From Phycisphaerae bacterium (GTDB lineage Bacteria > Planctomycetota > Phycisphaerae > UBA1845 > Fen-1342): 64,000 bases of DNA. Positions within the stretch are counted from its first letter, which is position 1. The number at the start of each line of letters is the position of its first letter. This document shows positions 48,153-58,073 of this stretch, in pieces. The DNA lies in NCBI GenBank assembly GCA_050115495.1, contig JASFQK010000037.1, forward strand, positions 8,600-72,599, written 5' to 3'. The position numbers and the translations under genes were made by a program. Under the pieces are notes generated by a model. That model was not told the origin of the DNA and searched no databases. It saw only the letters and a list, made by a program, of their open reading frames with translations.

Positions 48153-50381
48153 TCATCGCGGTTCGCCGGCGAGGTCTGTCAGGAGACGGAGTAAGCCCTC
48201 CTGCACGCGTGAACCGACCGTGTCGGGCAGACCTTCGGTTGGCGTCAGGCTACGCAGAGCGGCGATGGGGAACTCGGACTTGTCCGTCAGCGTCGCCGTC
48301 CATTCCTTCTCTTCCTGCCAAACACTCTCACCCTTGACGCGCTCGCAGTGGTACAGGACGAACTTGCACGTGAGCTTGCCGCCTTCCAGTTGGGCCGCGA
48401 TGTCCGCGTCGCGGGCCGGGGCATCGAATCGTATCTTCGCGACCACGTGGTCTACCAGTGCAGACGTGACGGGCCCGAGCAGGGCTTCGACCTGCTTCTC
48501 CGCCTTGCCTCGCCGGCGTGCCAGGATCGCGCTGTTCAGACGCTCGACGACCTCGCTGGTCGGTGTGGCGGATTCAACGGCTGCGTGGGTCGCGGATTCC
48601 TGCATCCGCAAGGTGAGATCGGTGACCTTACGCCGGCTCGGCTCGAGTTCGAGTTCGACCTTTCGGCAGTAGTAGGTACATGGTGTGCACTGCCCCGGAG
48701 GCTCCTCCTCACGCGCCTCCGCCTGCCACTTCAGGCGAACGCCCGTCTCGGCACGCGCCCGGGCAAGTGCGACAAGCCCCACGATGGCAACGACCGCCAC
48801 GACCGCGACGATGGCAGCCGGCCACATCTCCGTCACGTCCGTGTCGGGCGGCGGTGATACGGAGAAGGCGACCGCGTACGAGTTGTTGGATTCGCTGAGC
48901 TCCGGCACGACCTTCTCGGTATCCAGGTCTATTGTGACTTCATAGTCTCTGCCGCGGGCCCGAGGCACGATTCCGAACTCGACGACCATGCGGACGTGGT
49001 CCTCCGCAGCCAGGCCCGGCAGCTTCGCCGGCAGCTCGCGGGACACGCCGTCGAGACGCGTCCGGACCGGCCCGGGCCAGGGGGGCGTGGTCTGCACGTT
49101 CAGCAGGAAGGGCGGGCTGTCGGCCGTGCCGACGTTCTCCAACCGAGCCTGCACTACGACCACATCACCTCGCTCAACCGCAGACGGAACGGGATCGACC
49201 GCCAAGTCTGGGCGCCTCTCCGGGCCCGGGAAGGAGAACTGAACGGTCTTGGTATCGATGGTGGGTTCCTGCTCGCCGATGTGCCTGGTAAGCGTCACGG
49301 TGTAGCGGACGTCCTTCCCTCGCATCTCGTCCTGAACCTTGAAGCTGAGCTCGACAGGAGTCGACCCAGGCTTCAGGTCGCGCAGTCTGCCTTCGCCTGT
49401 GGGGGCACGGCCATCATCCTCCGGGGTGGCCGTCACAACGAACTCCCCAGGCAGCGGCGAATCCGAGTGACTGATTACGGCAGCGGTCGTCACCCATCGT
49501 CCGTCCGGCTCGTCGAGCGTACACGACTTGATTCTCAGCTCGGGAGGTGCTGGGATGTGAAAGTCGTCCTTCCACTCGTTGTTCTTCTCGTCGGCCTCCC
49601 GAATCCTCCCGGGATCGTCAACCGTGACCGTCGCCACGAAGCGCTGCCCGCGGCACTTGGGAGTGAAGAACCACTCGATGCACACGTTGTGGACTTCGCC
49701 GGGCGCCAGTTCCGGAAACAAACGATCCCCTTCGATGAACCGGGCCTCGCATTGTATAAAGCGTCGTCCGGGCCACTCGGGCTTCGTCGACGCACCCAGC
49801 ATGTATCGGGGGCTGTTTCCCGTGCCTATATTCTTCACTTGCAGTTTCACTCTGACGTTACGTTCCTCGGCATCGATGATCTCGATCGTCGGTGGCGGAT
49901 CGCGCAGGATCGTGAGATCTGGAGGCCCGACTTCCAGTGGGAAGGTCAGGTGCACGGACCTGGTGTCGAGAGGTACCGGCCTCTGCGGATTGCGTGAAAC
50001 GTGCGTGAGTGGTGTCGGGGGTTGGTAGGCGAGCGTCACCGCGTAGTCGGCACCTCGCAACCTCGGCGTCGATGTCGCCTGGAAGTGGATCTCGATCTCT
50101 CGCGACTCTCCCGTCTTCAGTCCGTCGAGCGCCCCCTCTCCTGCCGGAGCGCCCCGGACCTGCGGCTTCGCCGTGATGAGGAATGGCCCCACCAAACGCG
50201 AGTCGTCGCGGCGCATCACCGTGGCGGTGGCGATCCACACCTCGCCTTCGCGCCGAAGCGTCTGATCGTTGATCCGCAGTTCCACGCCGTAAGCGGATCG
50301 CTGGGCGTAGCCTGGCGCGGCGGGCAGCACAGCGCACGCAAGAACTGCGAGACATAAGACGTGATGGAGTCTCGGCCACAT
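48153..50381 (-). CDS. Single-pass membrane protein with two tandem Ig+CARDB units and a Cys-containing cytoplasmic domain
   Basis: Signal peptide; PDL..KNIGT..READEKNN and PDL..ENVGT..PELSESNN; TM PAAIVAVVAVVAIVGLVALA. Confidence 0.8.
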   Translation of the reverse strand: MWPRLHHVLCLAVLACAVLPAAPGYAQRSAYGVELRINDQTLRREGEVWIATATVMRRDDSRLVGPFLITAKPQVRGAPAGEGALDGLKTGESREIEIHFQATSTPRLRGADYAVTLAYQPPTPLTHVSRNPQRPVPLDTRSVHLTFPLEVGPPDLTILRDPPPTIEIIDAEERNVRVKLQVKNIGTGNSPRYMLGASTKPEWPGRRFIQCEARFIEGDRLFPELAPGEVHNVCIEWFFTPKCRGQRFVATVTVDDPGRIREADEKNNEWKDDFHIPAPPELRIKSCTLDEPDGRWVTTAAVISHSDSPLPGEFVVTATPEDDGRAPTGEGRLRDLKPGSTPVELSFKVQDEMRGKDVRYTVTLTRHIGEQEPTIDTKTVQFSFPGPERRPDLAVDPVPSAVERGDVVVVQARLENVGTADSPPFLLNVQTTPPWPGPVRTRLDGVSRELPAKLPGLAAEDHVRMVVEFGIVPRARGRDYEVTIDLDTEKVVPELSESNNSYAVAFSVSPPPDTDVTEMWPAAIVAVVAVVAIVGLVALARARAETGVRLKWQAEAREEEPPGQCTPCTYYCRKVELELEPSRRKVTDLTLRMQESATHAAVESATPTSEVVERLNSAILARRRGKAEKQVEALLGPVTSALVDHVVAKIRFDAPARDADIAAQLEGGKLTCKFVLYHCERVKGESVWQEEKEWTATLTDKSEFPIAALRSLTPTEGLPDTVGSRVQEGLLRLLTDLAGEPR

Positions 50382-50741
50382 CTCTCATCTCCCCGAAATG
50401 ACGCCTGATTCGCCGCGGGTTGCCAGATTGCGCTGTGTCCACGGCAACGGTCGATATGTCGGCGACGGCTTGGTGTTGCCAGCAGGCCACGCCTCCCCGT
50501 GCATATGCGCGAGGATGGTAACAGCGCAACGGCGCAGACACAATCAGAATGGGTGGTTAGATGCTTGTGGCGTTGCGTGTAGCCGAGGTGATTGCAGACG
50601 GTGAGCCGCGCCGCTATCGCTCCGCGACGCCACAGTCGACGTGTGCGGCTGGGCCGACGGGGTGACGCCTTATGCAGGGATAGAAGGTGTAGCCGACGGC
50701 TGTTTGAGGCGACGCCGCGGAACGGCCAGCGAGGACGTGAC

Positions 50742-50793
50742 ACAAAACACTCGTGCCTGACGGCAAGCTCGTTTGAGCTCGCCGTCAGGCACG
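50742..50793 (-). terminator. Intrinsic terminator candidate
   Basis: 19-bp stem CGTGCCTGACGGCAAGCTC / GAGCTCGCCGTCAGGCACG (1 mismatch) followed by GTGTTTTGT on the minus strand. Confidence 0.65.
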
Positions 50794-50837
50794 TTGGCGT
50801 GATGCAGCGATAGGCTGAAAGCGAAGCGGAGGCCGCT

Positions 50838-53000
50838 CTACTGCACAGCGGTCTGGAGCGTCGCGAAGTCCGCCAAGTCGGCGTCGGCGTCGCCGTCCAG
50901 ATCCGAAGTCGCACAGCCGCCGGGCAGGGCCACGTCCGGGCCGTTGAGGCAGCCGGCGAGGATCTGGAGATCGTCGACGTCGACGATGCCGTCGCCGTTC
51001 AGGTCGCCCAGTCCCGACGTGACACTCAGCGTCAGCGCGGCGGGATAAGCGGCGCCGGCGGGGTCACCGTTCTGGTCCGTATGGCCGACCTTCAGTCCGT
51101 ACGGCGTGCTCAGGCCGAATGCGTCGTCGCCGGCGGCGGCCACGGTGACGTTGACCGTGCCGGAGCCGAGCGTGCGGAGCGTGACGCGGTACAGGTCCAC
51201 CGGGGCGGTCAGGCCGCCGGTGAAGCTGGTGGTGTAGCCGTTGATTGCCCAGGCGCCACGATCACCATCGTTGCCCTCGAAGGAGATGATCTCGGGGCGG
51301 GTCACGTCAAACGAGGCGAGCGGGGTAATGGATTCGACGCGGGCCACACCGCCGGCGGAGATGAACAGGTCGTGCACGAACTGCATCACGCCGTTCTGCT
51401 GGCCGGCGGCGGCGTTCGCCCCGCTGGTCACGGCGGCGCTGACGGTGATCTCGACGGTCTCGTTCGCCGCCAGGTTGTTGAGGGCGTGGCCGCTCGGCAC
51501 GTAGACCGAAGTGCTGACCGTGCAGTTGACGCCGGCGTTGGCGTTGAGGTAGACGCCGGTGGCGGAAGGCGTATCGGTATCGTAGAGCCGCCCGACGACG
51601 CGACCGTCGGTGTTGCCCTGGAAGTTCAACGTCCATTGCAGGTCGCTGGCCTCGATGCCGTTATCGCCGGTGGCGTCGACGTCCCAGGGCCGCGTCTGCG
51701 TGGCCGGGTCGCCGTCGTCGCCCTCGGGGGCTTCGCTGAAGCTGTTGCTGAAGATCCAGTCAGGCTCGCCGAAGACGGCGGCCAGTTTGGCGATGTCCGC
51801 CGCATCGCAATCGCCGTCGCGATCGGTGTCGCCGGGGATGAAGGGGATGGCCAGCGGATTGACGCGTCCGGCCATGACTTGGTACGTCGTGATGGCGCCG
51901 AAGTCGTAGTCCACGCCGACGCCGTCATCGAGCCAGAGGGGTACGTTTGTGGTGTAAGGCTGAATGGCGTCTTCGTTGGTGTTGACGGCGTTGCGGAAGA
52001 AGAACCACGGGGAGGGGCCCTGTCCGCCGGTCCCCGTCACTGCCTCGCCGCGAATCCACTGCTCGGTGGCGGTGTCCTGCCAGTTGTTGCCGTTGAGGAG
52101 TTCGCCCAGGCCACCGGGCGCCGGCGTCCAGCCGTCGCCGGTCACGCGGCAGTCAACGCGCGACACGCAGTCCGGATTGAACCCCTGCGGATCGTCGAGG
52201 GCGTGCACGTGCCGATACGGCAGGCCGTCGTGCGTGCTGCCGTCATCCACGTGCCGACCGTCCTGGTCATACTCCCAGCCGCGATCGTGCTCGAAGCTGA
52301 GCTCGTCGACGATTTCGAGGTCGTCGCTGATATCCTCGAGCGTGCTGGCGCCCTTGAGATCCAGCGTGTAGCCGTCGATGTTGTTCGGCTGCCCCTTGTC
52401 CAGGTCGCCGTCGCCGTACTGGTCCATCGGCTCACCGGTCTGCGGGTCGATCACCGGCGTGATGAGCTCGTCATCCGGGCAGATGTCCTTACCCCAGCGG
52501 AGCCCGCCGGGGTTGGAGGGATCGGCCTCGGTGCGGCCGGGACGGTTGCGGATCAACAGGATGGTCGTGCTGCCGTCGTTGTTCAGCTTGTTGGGCGTGT
52601 CCAGCCCGCCGTTCCAGATGGTGTTCCAGCGCTGGAAGCTGGTGTCCGCCAGCAGCGCGGGGTAGTACTCGCTACTGCCGATCCCGATGACCAGCAGACC
52701 GTTGGCGCCAAGCTGCAATCCATCCAGGCTGAAGAACTCGTCGACCTCCTGCAGGGGATCAACGTCTGGCCGGGGGGGAATGCTGCCGAGCGCGTAGTAC
52801 TTGCCCCGTGCCCCGTTGACGAACGCGACCGCGTAGCCGTCGAGCTTCATGCCCGGCGTGCCGTAGAGCTCGATGAACTCGCGGGTTGCGTCGGCACTGC
52901 TGCCAGGCGGGTTGATGTAGACCTCGTTGAGGACTATGGCGGCTACAGCCGGGCTGGCCACCAGCAACAGACCCAGACAGCCTGCGACGATCTTACGCAT
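50838..53000 (-). CDS. Secreted lamin-tail-domain-like protein with dockerin, cohesin-like domain and second dockerin
   Basis: IVLNEVYINPPG..EFIELYG; GDTDRDGDCDAADI...DVDATGDNGIEASDL; terminal GDLNGDGIVDVDDL...DLDGDADADLADFATLQ. Confidence 0.8.
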   Translation of the reverse strand: MRKIVAGCLGLLLVASPAVAAIVLNEVYINPPGSSADATREFIELYGTPGMKLDGYAVAFVNGARGKYYALGSIPPRPDVDPLQEVDEFFSLDGLQLGANGLLVIGIGSSEYYPALLADTSFQRWNTIWNGGLDTPNKLNNDGSTTILLIRNRPGRTEADPSNPGGLRWGKDICPDDELITPVIDPQTGEPMDQYGDGDLDKGQPNNIDGYTLDLKGASTLEDISDDLEIVDELSFEHDRGWEYDQDGRHVDDGSTHDGLPYRHVHALDDPQGFNPDCVSRVDCRVTGDGWTPAPGGLGELLNGNNWQDTATEQWIRGEAVTGTGGQGPSPWFFFRNAVNTNEDAIQPYTTNVPLWLDDGVGVDYDFGAITTYQVMAGRVNPLAIPFIPGDTDRDGDCDAADIAKLAAVFGEPDWIFSNSFSEAPEGDDGDPATQTRPWDVDATGDNGIEASDLQWTLNFQGNTDGRVVGRLYDTDTPSATGVYLNANAGVNCTVSTSVYVPSGHALNNLAANETVEITVSAAVTSGANAAAGQQNGVMQFVHDLFISAGGVARVESITPLASFDVTRPEIISFEGNDGDRGAWAINGYTTSFTGGLTAPVDLYRVTLRTLGSGTVNVTVAAAGDDAFGLSTPYGLKVGHTDQNGDPAGAAYPAALTLSVTSGLGDLNGDGIVDVDDLQILAGCLNGPDVALPGGCATSDLDGDADADLADFATLQTAVQ

Positions 53001-53068
53001 AGTAGTATCTCCAGATGAGACCCGTCTCCAAATGGGCGAGTCGACCACGTCGTTCTCGGAATCGCCGC

Positions 53069-53989
53069 TCAGCGCAACACCCAGGCATCCTCAGAGCGGC
53101 GTGCGATGCTGAGGATCCCGTCGAACACGACCGCAGGATTGAGATCCCGCTGCTCCGGCGGATACACGTCGGTGTTGAGCGCGAATTCGCCATCGCGATC
53201 CTGGTCGATGAACACCCGGACATGGCCGTCGGCGAACAGCACGTTGGCGCGATGTCCCTGGAGGTCCTTCTTGAGCACCCACGATCCCGTGCCGTGGGCC
53301 GGGCCGAAGTCCGCGTAGTTCTGAATGCCGTAGGGACCGTCGTACGGTCCGTCGATCATCGTCTTCACCGACCGCTTGCCCAGCACCAGGTTGTCCAGGT
53401 CGGTGCGGCCGTCGCCGATGAGCGGGATCCGCGACTCCGTGACCAGCGTCGCGCCGCCCAGCCGCAGGCCCCCGTAGCCATTCTTGACCCGCTTGGTGTT
53501 CGGGTCGCCGTGGATCGGGTTCCACTCGGTCCGGGCCATGTAGTACGACTGCGTGTAGTTGGTGTTGTACCCGCGATCGATCAATTGCTGTGCTTCGTTC
53601 GGCGCGTACGAATCCACGCCGGCGGCCGTCGCGCCCAGCTTCTGGTTGTAGCGCGCCGGGTTGCTCGGACAAAGCTGCGTCGCCGGGAAGGCCAGCCGCG
53701 AGTTGACCAGGTCCGCCACCCAGCCGACCTTGTCGACCGGGCCGTCGCGACCATTGGAAACTTCAGGATCGAAGGACCCGCTGCACGTGCGGTCCTCGTT
53801 GTCGCCGGCGTAGGCATGGATGGCGATGCCGATCGTTCGCAGGCTCGCGCCACACTTCACTTCCTTGGCCTGTTCCCGGGCGCTGCTCAGCGCCGGCAGG
53901 AGGATCGACAGAAGAACGGCGATGATGGCGATCACCACAAGGAGCTCGATTAACGTGAAGCCCGTCGGTTGCCTGCGGCTGTCGTGCAT
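53069..53989 (-). CDS. Prepilin-type N-terminal cleavage/methylation (DUF1559-like) protein
   Basis: [43 protein letters not shown]. Confidence 0.92.
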   Translation of the reverse strand: MHDSRRQPTGFTLIELLVVIAIIAVLLSILLPALSSAREQAKEVKCGASLRTIGIAIHAYAGDNEDRTCSGSFDPEVSNGRDGPVDKVGWVADLVNSRLAFPATQLCPSNPARYNQKLGATAAGVDSYAPNEAQQLIDRGYNTNYTQSYYMARTEWNPIHGDPNTKRVKNGYGGLRLGGATLVTESRIPLIGDGRTDLDNLVLGKRSVKTMIDGPYDGPYGIQNYADFGPAHGTGSWVLKKDLQGHRANVLFADGHVRVFIDQDRDGEFALNTDVYPPEQRDLNPAVVFDGILSIARRSEDAWVLR

Positions 53990-54214
53990 GCCAGTCCTTT
54001 CGTTTGCCTCAGCTCGCCACGCCTCCTGAGTCCGGACGATCGTCACACCGCGGCGGCTCGCGCTGACCCCTCGCTTCCGCTCAAGCTCGATCGCGTCGGT
54101 CAGCCATCCGCACGCAGCCACCCGCGGGGCCGGTCGGCTTCCGCGGGCGGCTGTGGCGTGGTGTCAGTCAGGGCGACACGCGTCGACGCGTCGCTCCCTC
54201 AGCGAGCCGGTGCT

Positions 54215-54838
54215 CTAGCGACGCCGAGCCAGCCCGAGGCCGGCCACCGCCATCAGCACGAGCGACGTCGGCTCCGGCACGTACGTGCCCGGGTTGGCCA
54301 CGTCGCCGTGCGCGCCGGTGTACGAGCCAAACGCGTCGCCGAGCTCAGCTTCGACCCACTGGTACACGTCGTTCGCGCCGAGAGTGGCCGGCGTAGCCGG
54401 GTTTCCGCTCACGCCATTCGTGCGAATCGAGTCGTCGAAGTCCTCGTCGCCGTAGGTCAGCCGGTCGATTTGCAGGCTGCCGGCGTCGTAGAGGTTGATC
54501 TCGTCGTTGCGGCCGATATTGGCCTGATTTCCACCGATCACCTTGACCGTTTCGACCAAGCCCCAGTTGGCCCGGAAAGTCTCGGCGGGGTCTTCGCACA
54601 GGATGACCGATTCGCCGGGCTGCACGGTGCCGAAGTCGCTCAACATGACATCGCCCGGATAGCGAGCATCGTCAGAGAAGCTCCAGCCGGTCATGTCGAC
54701 GGGGTCGATGCCCGTGTTGGTGAACTCAATGAACTCGCCATCGTCGCCCTTGTACATCCACTCCGTGATCTGCATGGACGCCGCCACAGGCGCCGCCAGT
54801 ACGATGATCCCGAGCACTGTGATCAGGGTGTTCCTCAT
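54215..54838 (-). CDS. PEP-CTERM protein with lamin-tail domain (LTD)
   Basis: MQITEWMY..GEFIEFTNTGIDPVDMTGWSFSD; VANPG; VPEPTSLVLMAVAGLGLARRR. Confidence 0.88.
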   Translation of the reverse strand: MRNTLITVLGIIVLAAPVAASMQITEWMYKGDDGEFIEFTNTGIDPVDMTGWSFSDDARYPGDVMLSDFGTVQPGESVILCEDPAETFRANWGLVETVKVIGGNQANIGRNDEINLYDAGSLQIDRLTYGDEDFDDSIRTNGVSGNPATPATLGANDVYQWVEAELGDAFGSYTGAHGDVANPGTYVPEPTSLVLMAVAGLGLARRR

Positions 54839-55101
54839 TCCAGATCTCCTTTCTCCTTCGGTTAATTCATAACTGCCCCAGGGGGCCGACATCGGTAAGG
54901 CTTGGATGGAGCCAGCTTGTAACCGGTATGTGTGAGCGAATGATGAACGCCTGGCAAAGACCGGATGAGCCGGCGTCGCTGGAGACGAAAAACCCGCCGA
55001 TCCGTAAGCGCTGCATCTTGCAGCATGACGGCGCGGCGAGCACAATGCCGACCCGACCGGCTGCCGGCGCAGCCGACGCGAACCCCTGCTCAGGAACTCC
55101 C

Positions 55102-56169
55102 ATGTCACGCACTTGCTGTCTGCTGATCGCGCTTGGCGGCGTTGCCGCGGTGTTGGCCCAGTCCGCTCCCTCGACCCCGCCGGAAGTCGCCACGATTCGA
55201 CAGGTGTGGGTCTCCACCGGCACGACGTACGCGAACACCGATTCGCTGGCGGCGTGCCAGGTCGGCTTGGACAAGGTGAGGGTCTTCGCCACCGCCAAGG
55301 ATGGGGACCGCGTCGACGTGTTCGACGGCTCCACGGGGACCTGGCTGCGGTCGATCGGCACGCCGGGGAAGGACCCTGGGCAGCTCAAGTATCCCAATGG
55401 CATCGCGGTGTGCAGTCTCGGTGAGGAGAAGACCGCCGCGATCCTGGTCGTCGAACGCGACAACCACCGCGTGCAGGCCTTTCGCGCCGACGATGGGCAG
55501 CCGCTCGGCTGTTTCGGCGACGAGGTGCTGCATCGGCCGTATGGCATCGCCGTGACGATGTTGGCGGGCGAGCAGGTTGCCTTCGTGACCGACACGGAGG
55601 TCCCGGCGGAGAAGACGTGCCACGTGTTTCGTATCCGGGGGCTCGACGACCAGGTGCGTGGCGAATACGCCGGCAGCTTCGGGGCGGCCGAATCACGCGG
55701 CGTCGTGCAGGAAGCGGAATCCATCGTCGTGGATGACCGGGAGCGGTTGATCTACCTGTGCGATGAGGTCGCCAAGAATGTGAAGGTGTTCCGCCTGGTC
55801 GAGCCTGCCCGCGCCACCTTCGTCAGCACGTTTGCGGACGGGCTCATCCAGGGTGATCCCGAGGGCATCACCCTCATCGACACGCCCACCGATCGGCTGG
55901 TGGTCCTCACGCACCAGGAGAAGAAGCTGACGACCTGGCTGGTCTTCACCCGCCACGGCGAGTCCTACCGGCACGTGGCGTCCTTCACCGGCATGCCGAC
56001 GATCGCAAACACCGACGGCATCTGCGTTTACCCACAGGCTTTCCGCGGCTTTCCGCAGGGGGCCTTTTTTGCTGTCAATGACGATCAGCAGGTGTGTGCG
56101 TACTCGCTCGGCGACATCCAGACGCTGGCGCAGCCGGCGAAGGTCGCCGCCGGTCGCTCGTCGCCCTGA
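55102..56169 (+). CDS. Exported beta-propeller phytase-like / NHL-repeat protein
   Basis: Signal peptide; GQLKYPNGIAV, EAESIVVD, GDPEGITL, NTDGI and FPQGAFFAVNDD resemble beta-propeller phytase motifs. Confidence 0.72.
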   Translation: MSRTCCLLIALGGVAAVLAQSAPSTPPEVATIRQVWVSTGTTYANTDSLAACQVGLDKVRVFATAKDGDRVDVFDGSTGTWLRSIGTPGKDPGQLKYPNGIAVCSLGEEKTAAILVVERDNHRVQAFRADDGQPLGCFGDEVLHRPYGIAVTMLAGEQVAFVTDTEVPAEKTCHVFRIRGLDDQVRGEYAGSFGAAESRGVVQEAESIVVDDRERLIYLCDEVAKNVKVFRLVEPARATFVSTFADGLIQGDPEGITLIDTPTDRLVVLTHQEKKLTTWLVFTRHGESYRHVASFTGMPTIANTDGICVYPQAFRGFPQGAFFAVNDDQQVCAYSLGDIQTLAQPAKVAAGRSSP

Positions 56170-56470
56170 TCGCGCCGAGTCTGTGTCCCCAGGCACTTCC
56201 GCCGCTGTGCTGCCATAGGGCGCACTCGCGCGACCGGCGAGAGCGTGCACGATCCCCGACCCAATGTGTCGCCGGCTTGCGCAGAATTGCGCTGACGTTT
56301 GTGAAACCAACAATGTTGGCCGTTAGCTTTCCGCGCAGGCGTGGTTCGCCACGTTTGGAGGCGGTCGCTAGTGGGGCGTCCGTGGTCCAAGGCCGTAGGG
56401 GTGTGTGCGTGCTACAGGCCGCAATTCTCACGGCCGCACCAAGTCTCAATACTGCAGAAGGAGGAGAATC

Positions 56471-57748
56471 GTGAGTTCAGTACGATCCATGTGCGCGCGC
56501 ACGGCCGGCCTGCTGGCACTTATCTGTGTCACGGCTGGCGCTCAGGCCGAGTTGTCCTATCAGCGCATCGTCGGTGTCGGGGACGAGTTTCCGGGCGGCG
56601 GTACGTACTACAGCATGAGTTCACGCTTCGGCATCGAGAATGACACGCTGTATTTCTTTGGGCGTCCCAGCTCGAGCGCCCGCTACAGCCTTATCACACA
56701 GCCCGTCGACGGGGATCCGACGGTCCTCGCGGACAACTCGATGACCATCCCGGGTGGCACCGGGACCTTCTACAACATGACCAGCTTCGCCCCCAGCGTC
56801 TCCAACGGCTACGTGGCGTTCCACAACAAGACCTCAGGCAACTCGGAACACGGCCTGTACATGTGCGATCCGAGCGGCAACCTCTCGGTTATCGTCGATC
56901 GCAACACGCCCATGCCCGACTTCGAGTCTAACTTCGGTTCCTTCTCGGGGCCGGTCCTCGTGGATGGCGATGTGTACTTCCGCGCCACGAGCCTCACGTC
57001 CGGGCAGGATGGCTACTACCACGCTTCGAATGGTCAGTTCACGGCCATCGCCAACAACTCGACGATCATCCCGACCACCGGGACGCTCCTCTCCACCAAG
57101 AGCGACTGCAACTGCGACGGCACCCGCTTCTGCTTCGAGGGCGGCGACGAGTTCGAATACACGGGCATATTCTCCACGATCGATGATGGCCAGACGCTCG
57201 AAGTTCACGCCGACACGCTCACATCGATGCCGAACTACACCGCCTGGACGTTCGACGCCATGTCCGATCCCTGCACCGACAACGGCATCGTCGTTTGGCG
57301 GGCCCAGAGCGCCAAGGACGGAGAGCACGATGACTTCCGGATGCAGGGCATTTATGCCGACCTCGGCGACGAACTCGTCAGCCTGGTTGACCTGTATACG
57401 CCCAATCCCGGCGGCGGCAACTTCAGGAAGATCGACGCGCTGAAGGCGTATGAGGACGGCTACGTGCTGTTCACCGGCGAGCATGACCGTACGGACACCG
57501 GCGACGAAGATGGCGTTTACTACGTCGCGCCGGATGGCAGCGTGCATCTGGTGATCGAAGAGGCGCAGACGGTTGACGGCAAGGTCATCGAGGACCTGCT
57601 CAATGCGAGCCTCTCCGGCCAGACGGCGGTGGTCAGCGTGGGGTTCGAGGACGGCAGCAAGGCGGTGTACGCCGTGACCATCCCGGAGCCGACGAGCCTG
57701 CTGCTGCTGGCCACCGGTGCCGCGGTGGCCGCGCTTCGCCGGCGGTAG
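56471..57748 (+). CDS. PEP-CTERM protein with beta-repeat domain
   Basis: GTG after AGGAGGAG SD; signal peptide; ~55-aa repeats; IPEPTSLLLLATGAAVAALRRR. Confidence 0.88.
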   Translation: MSSVRSMCARTAGLLALICVTAGAQAELSYQRIVGVGDEFPGGGTYYSMSSRFGIENDTLYFFGRPSSSARYSLITQPVDGDPTVLADNSMTIPGGTGTFYNMTSFAPSVSNGYVAFHNKTSGNSEHGLYMCDPSGNLSVIVDRNTPMPDFESNFGSFSGPVLVDGDVYFRATSLTSGQDGYYHASNGQFTAIANNSTIIPTTGTLLSTKSDCNCDGTRFCFEGGDEFEYTGIFSTIDDGQTLEVHADTLTSMPNYTAWTFDAMSDPCTDNGIVVWRAQSAKDGEHDDFRMQGIYADLGDELVSLVDLYTPNPGGGNFRKIDALKAYEDGYVLFTGEHDRTDTGDEDGVYYVAPDGSVHLVIEEAQTVDGKVIEDLLNASLSGQTAVVSVGFEDGSKAVYAVTIPEPTSLLLLATGAAVAALRRR

Positions 57749-58073
57749 TCTCCAAACCGCTCGGTACCTTCCTGGGGCGGATGGCGTGTGGGTGCGCAGC
57801 GTAGCGTGCTTGCCCGACATCCGCCCCGCTCATTTCCATATCAAATGCCCACGTCGCGTCCTGACGGCGGACGCGGCAGACCTGGCCCCAGCCAGTCTTC
57901 CCCCAGTTCGGCACGAGAATCGTCATATATAGGTGGAATCGGGGGGCGGCTGTGGCTACCATGGGGTCTGGCTGTGGTTGCCCTCTGCGGGGGAGGGTCG
58001 ACGCGGCAGCCGGCGTCGAACGCTTTCTGCAGGACTCACGTCAAACGCAAGCTGAGGAGAGGAGATGTATCAC

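Noticed and set aside
54880..54965. Possible Pho-box direct repeats between the LTD and phytase genes
   Set aside because: Only degenerate TTCAT/CTCAC/TTACA units with inconsistent 11-bp phasing; not supportable without a PWM.
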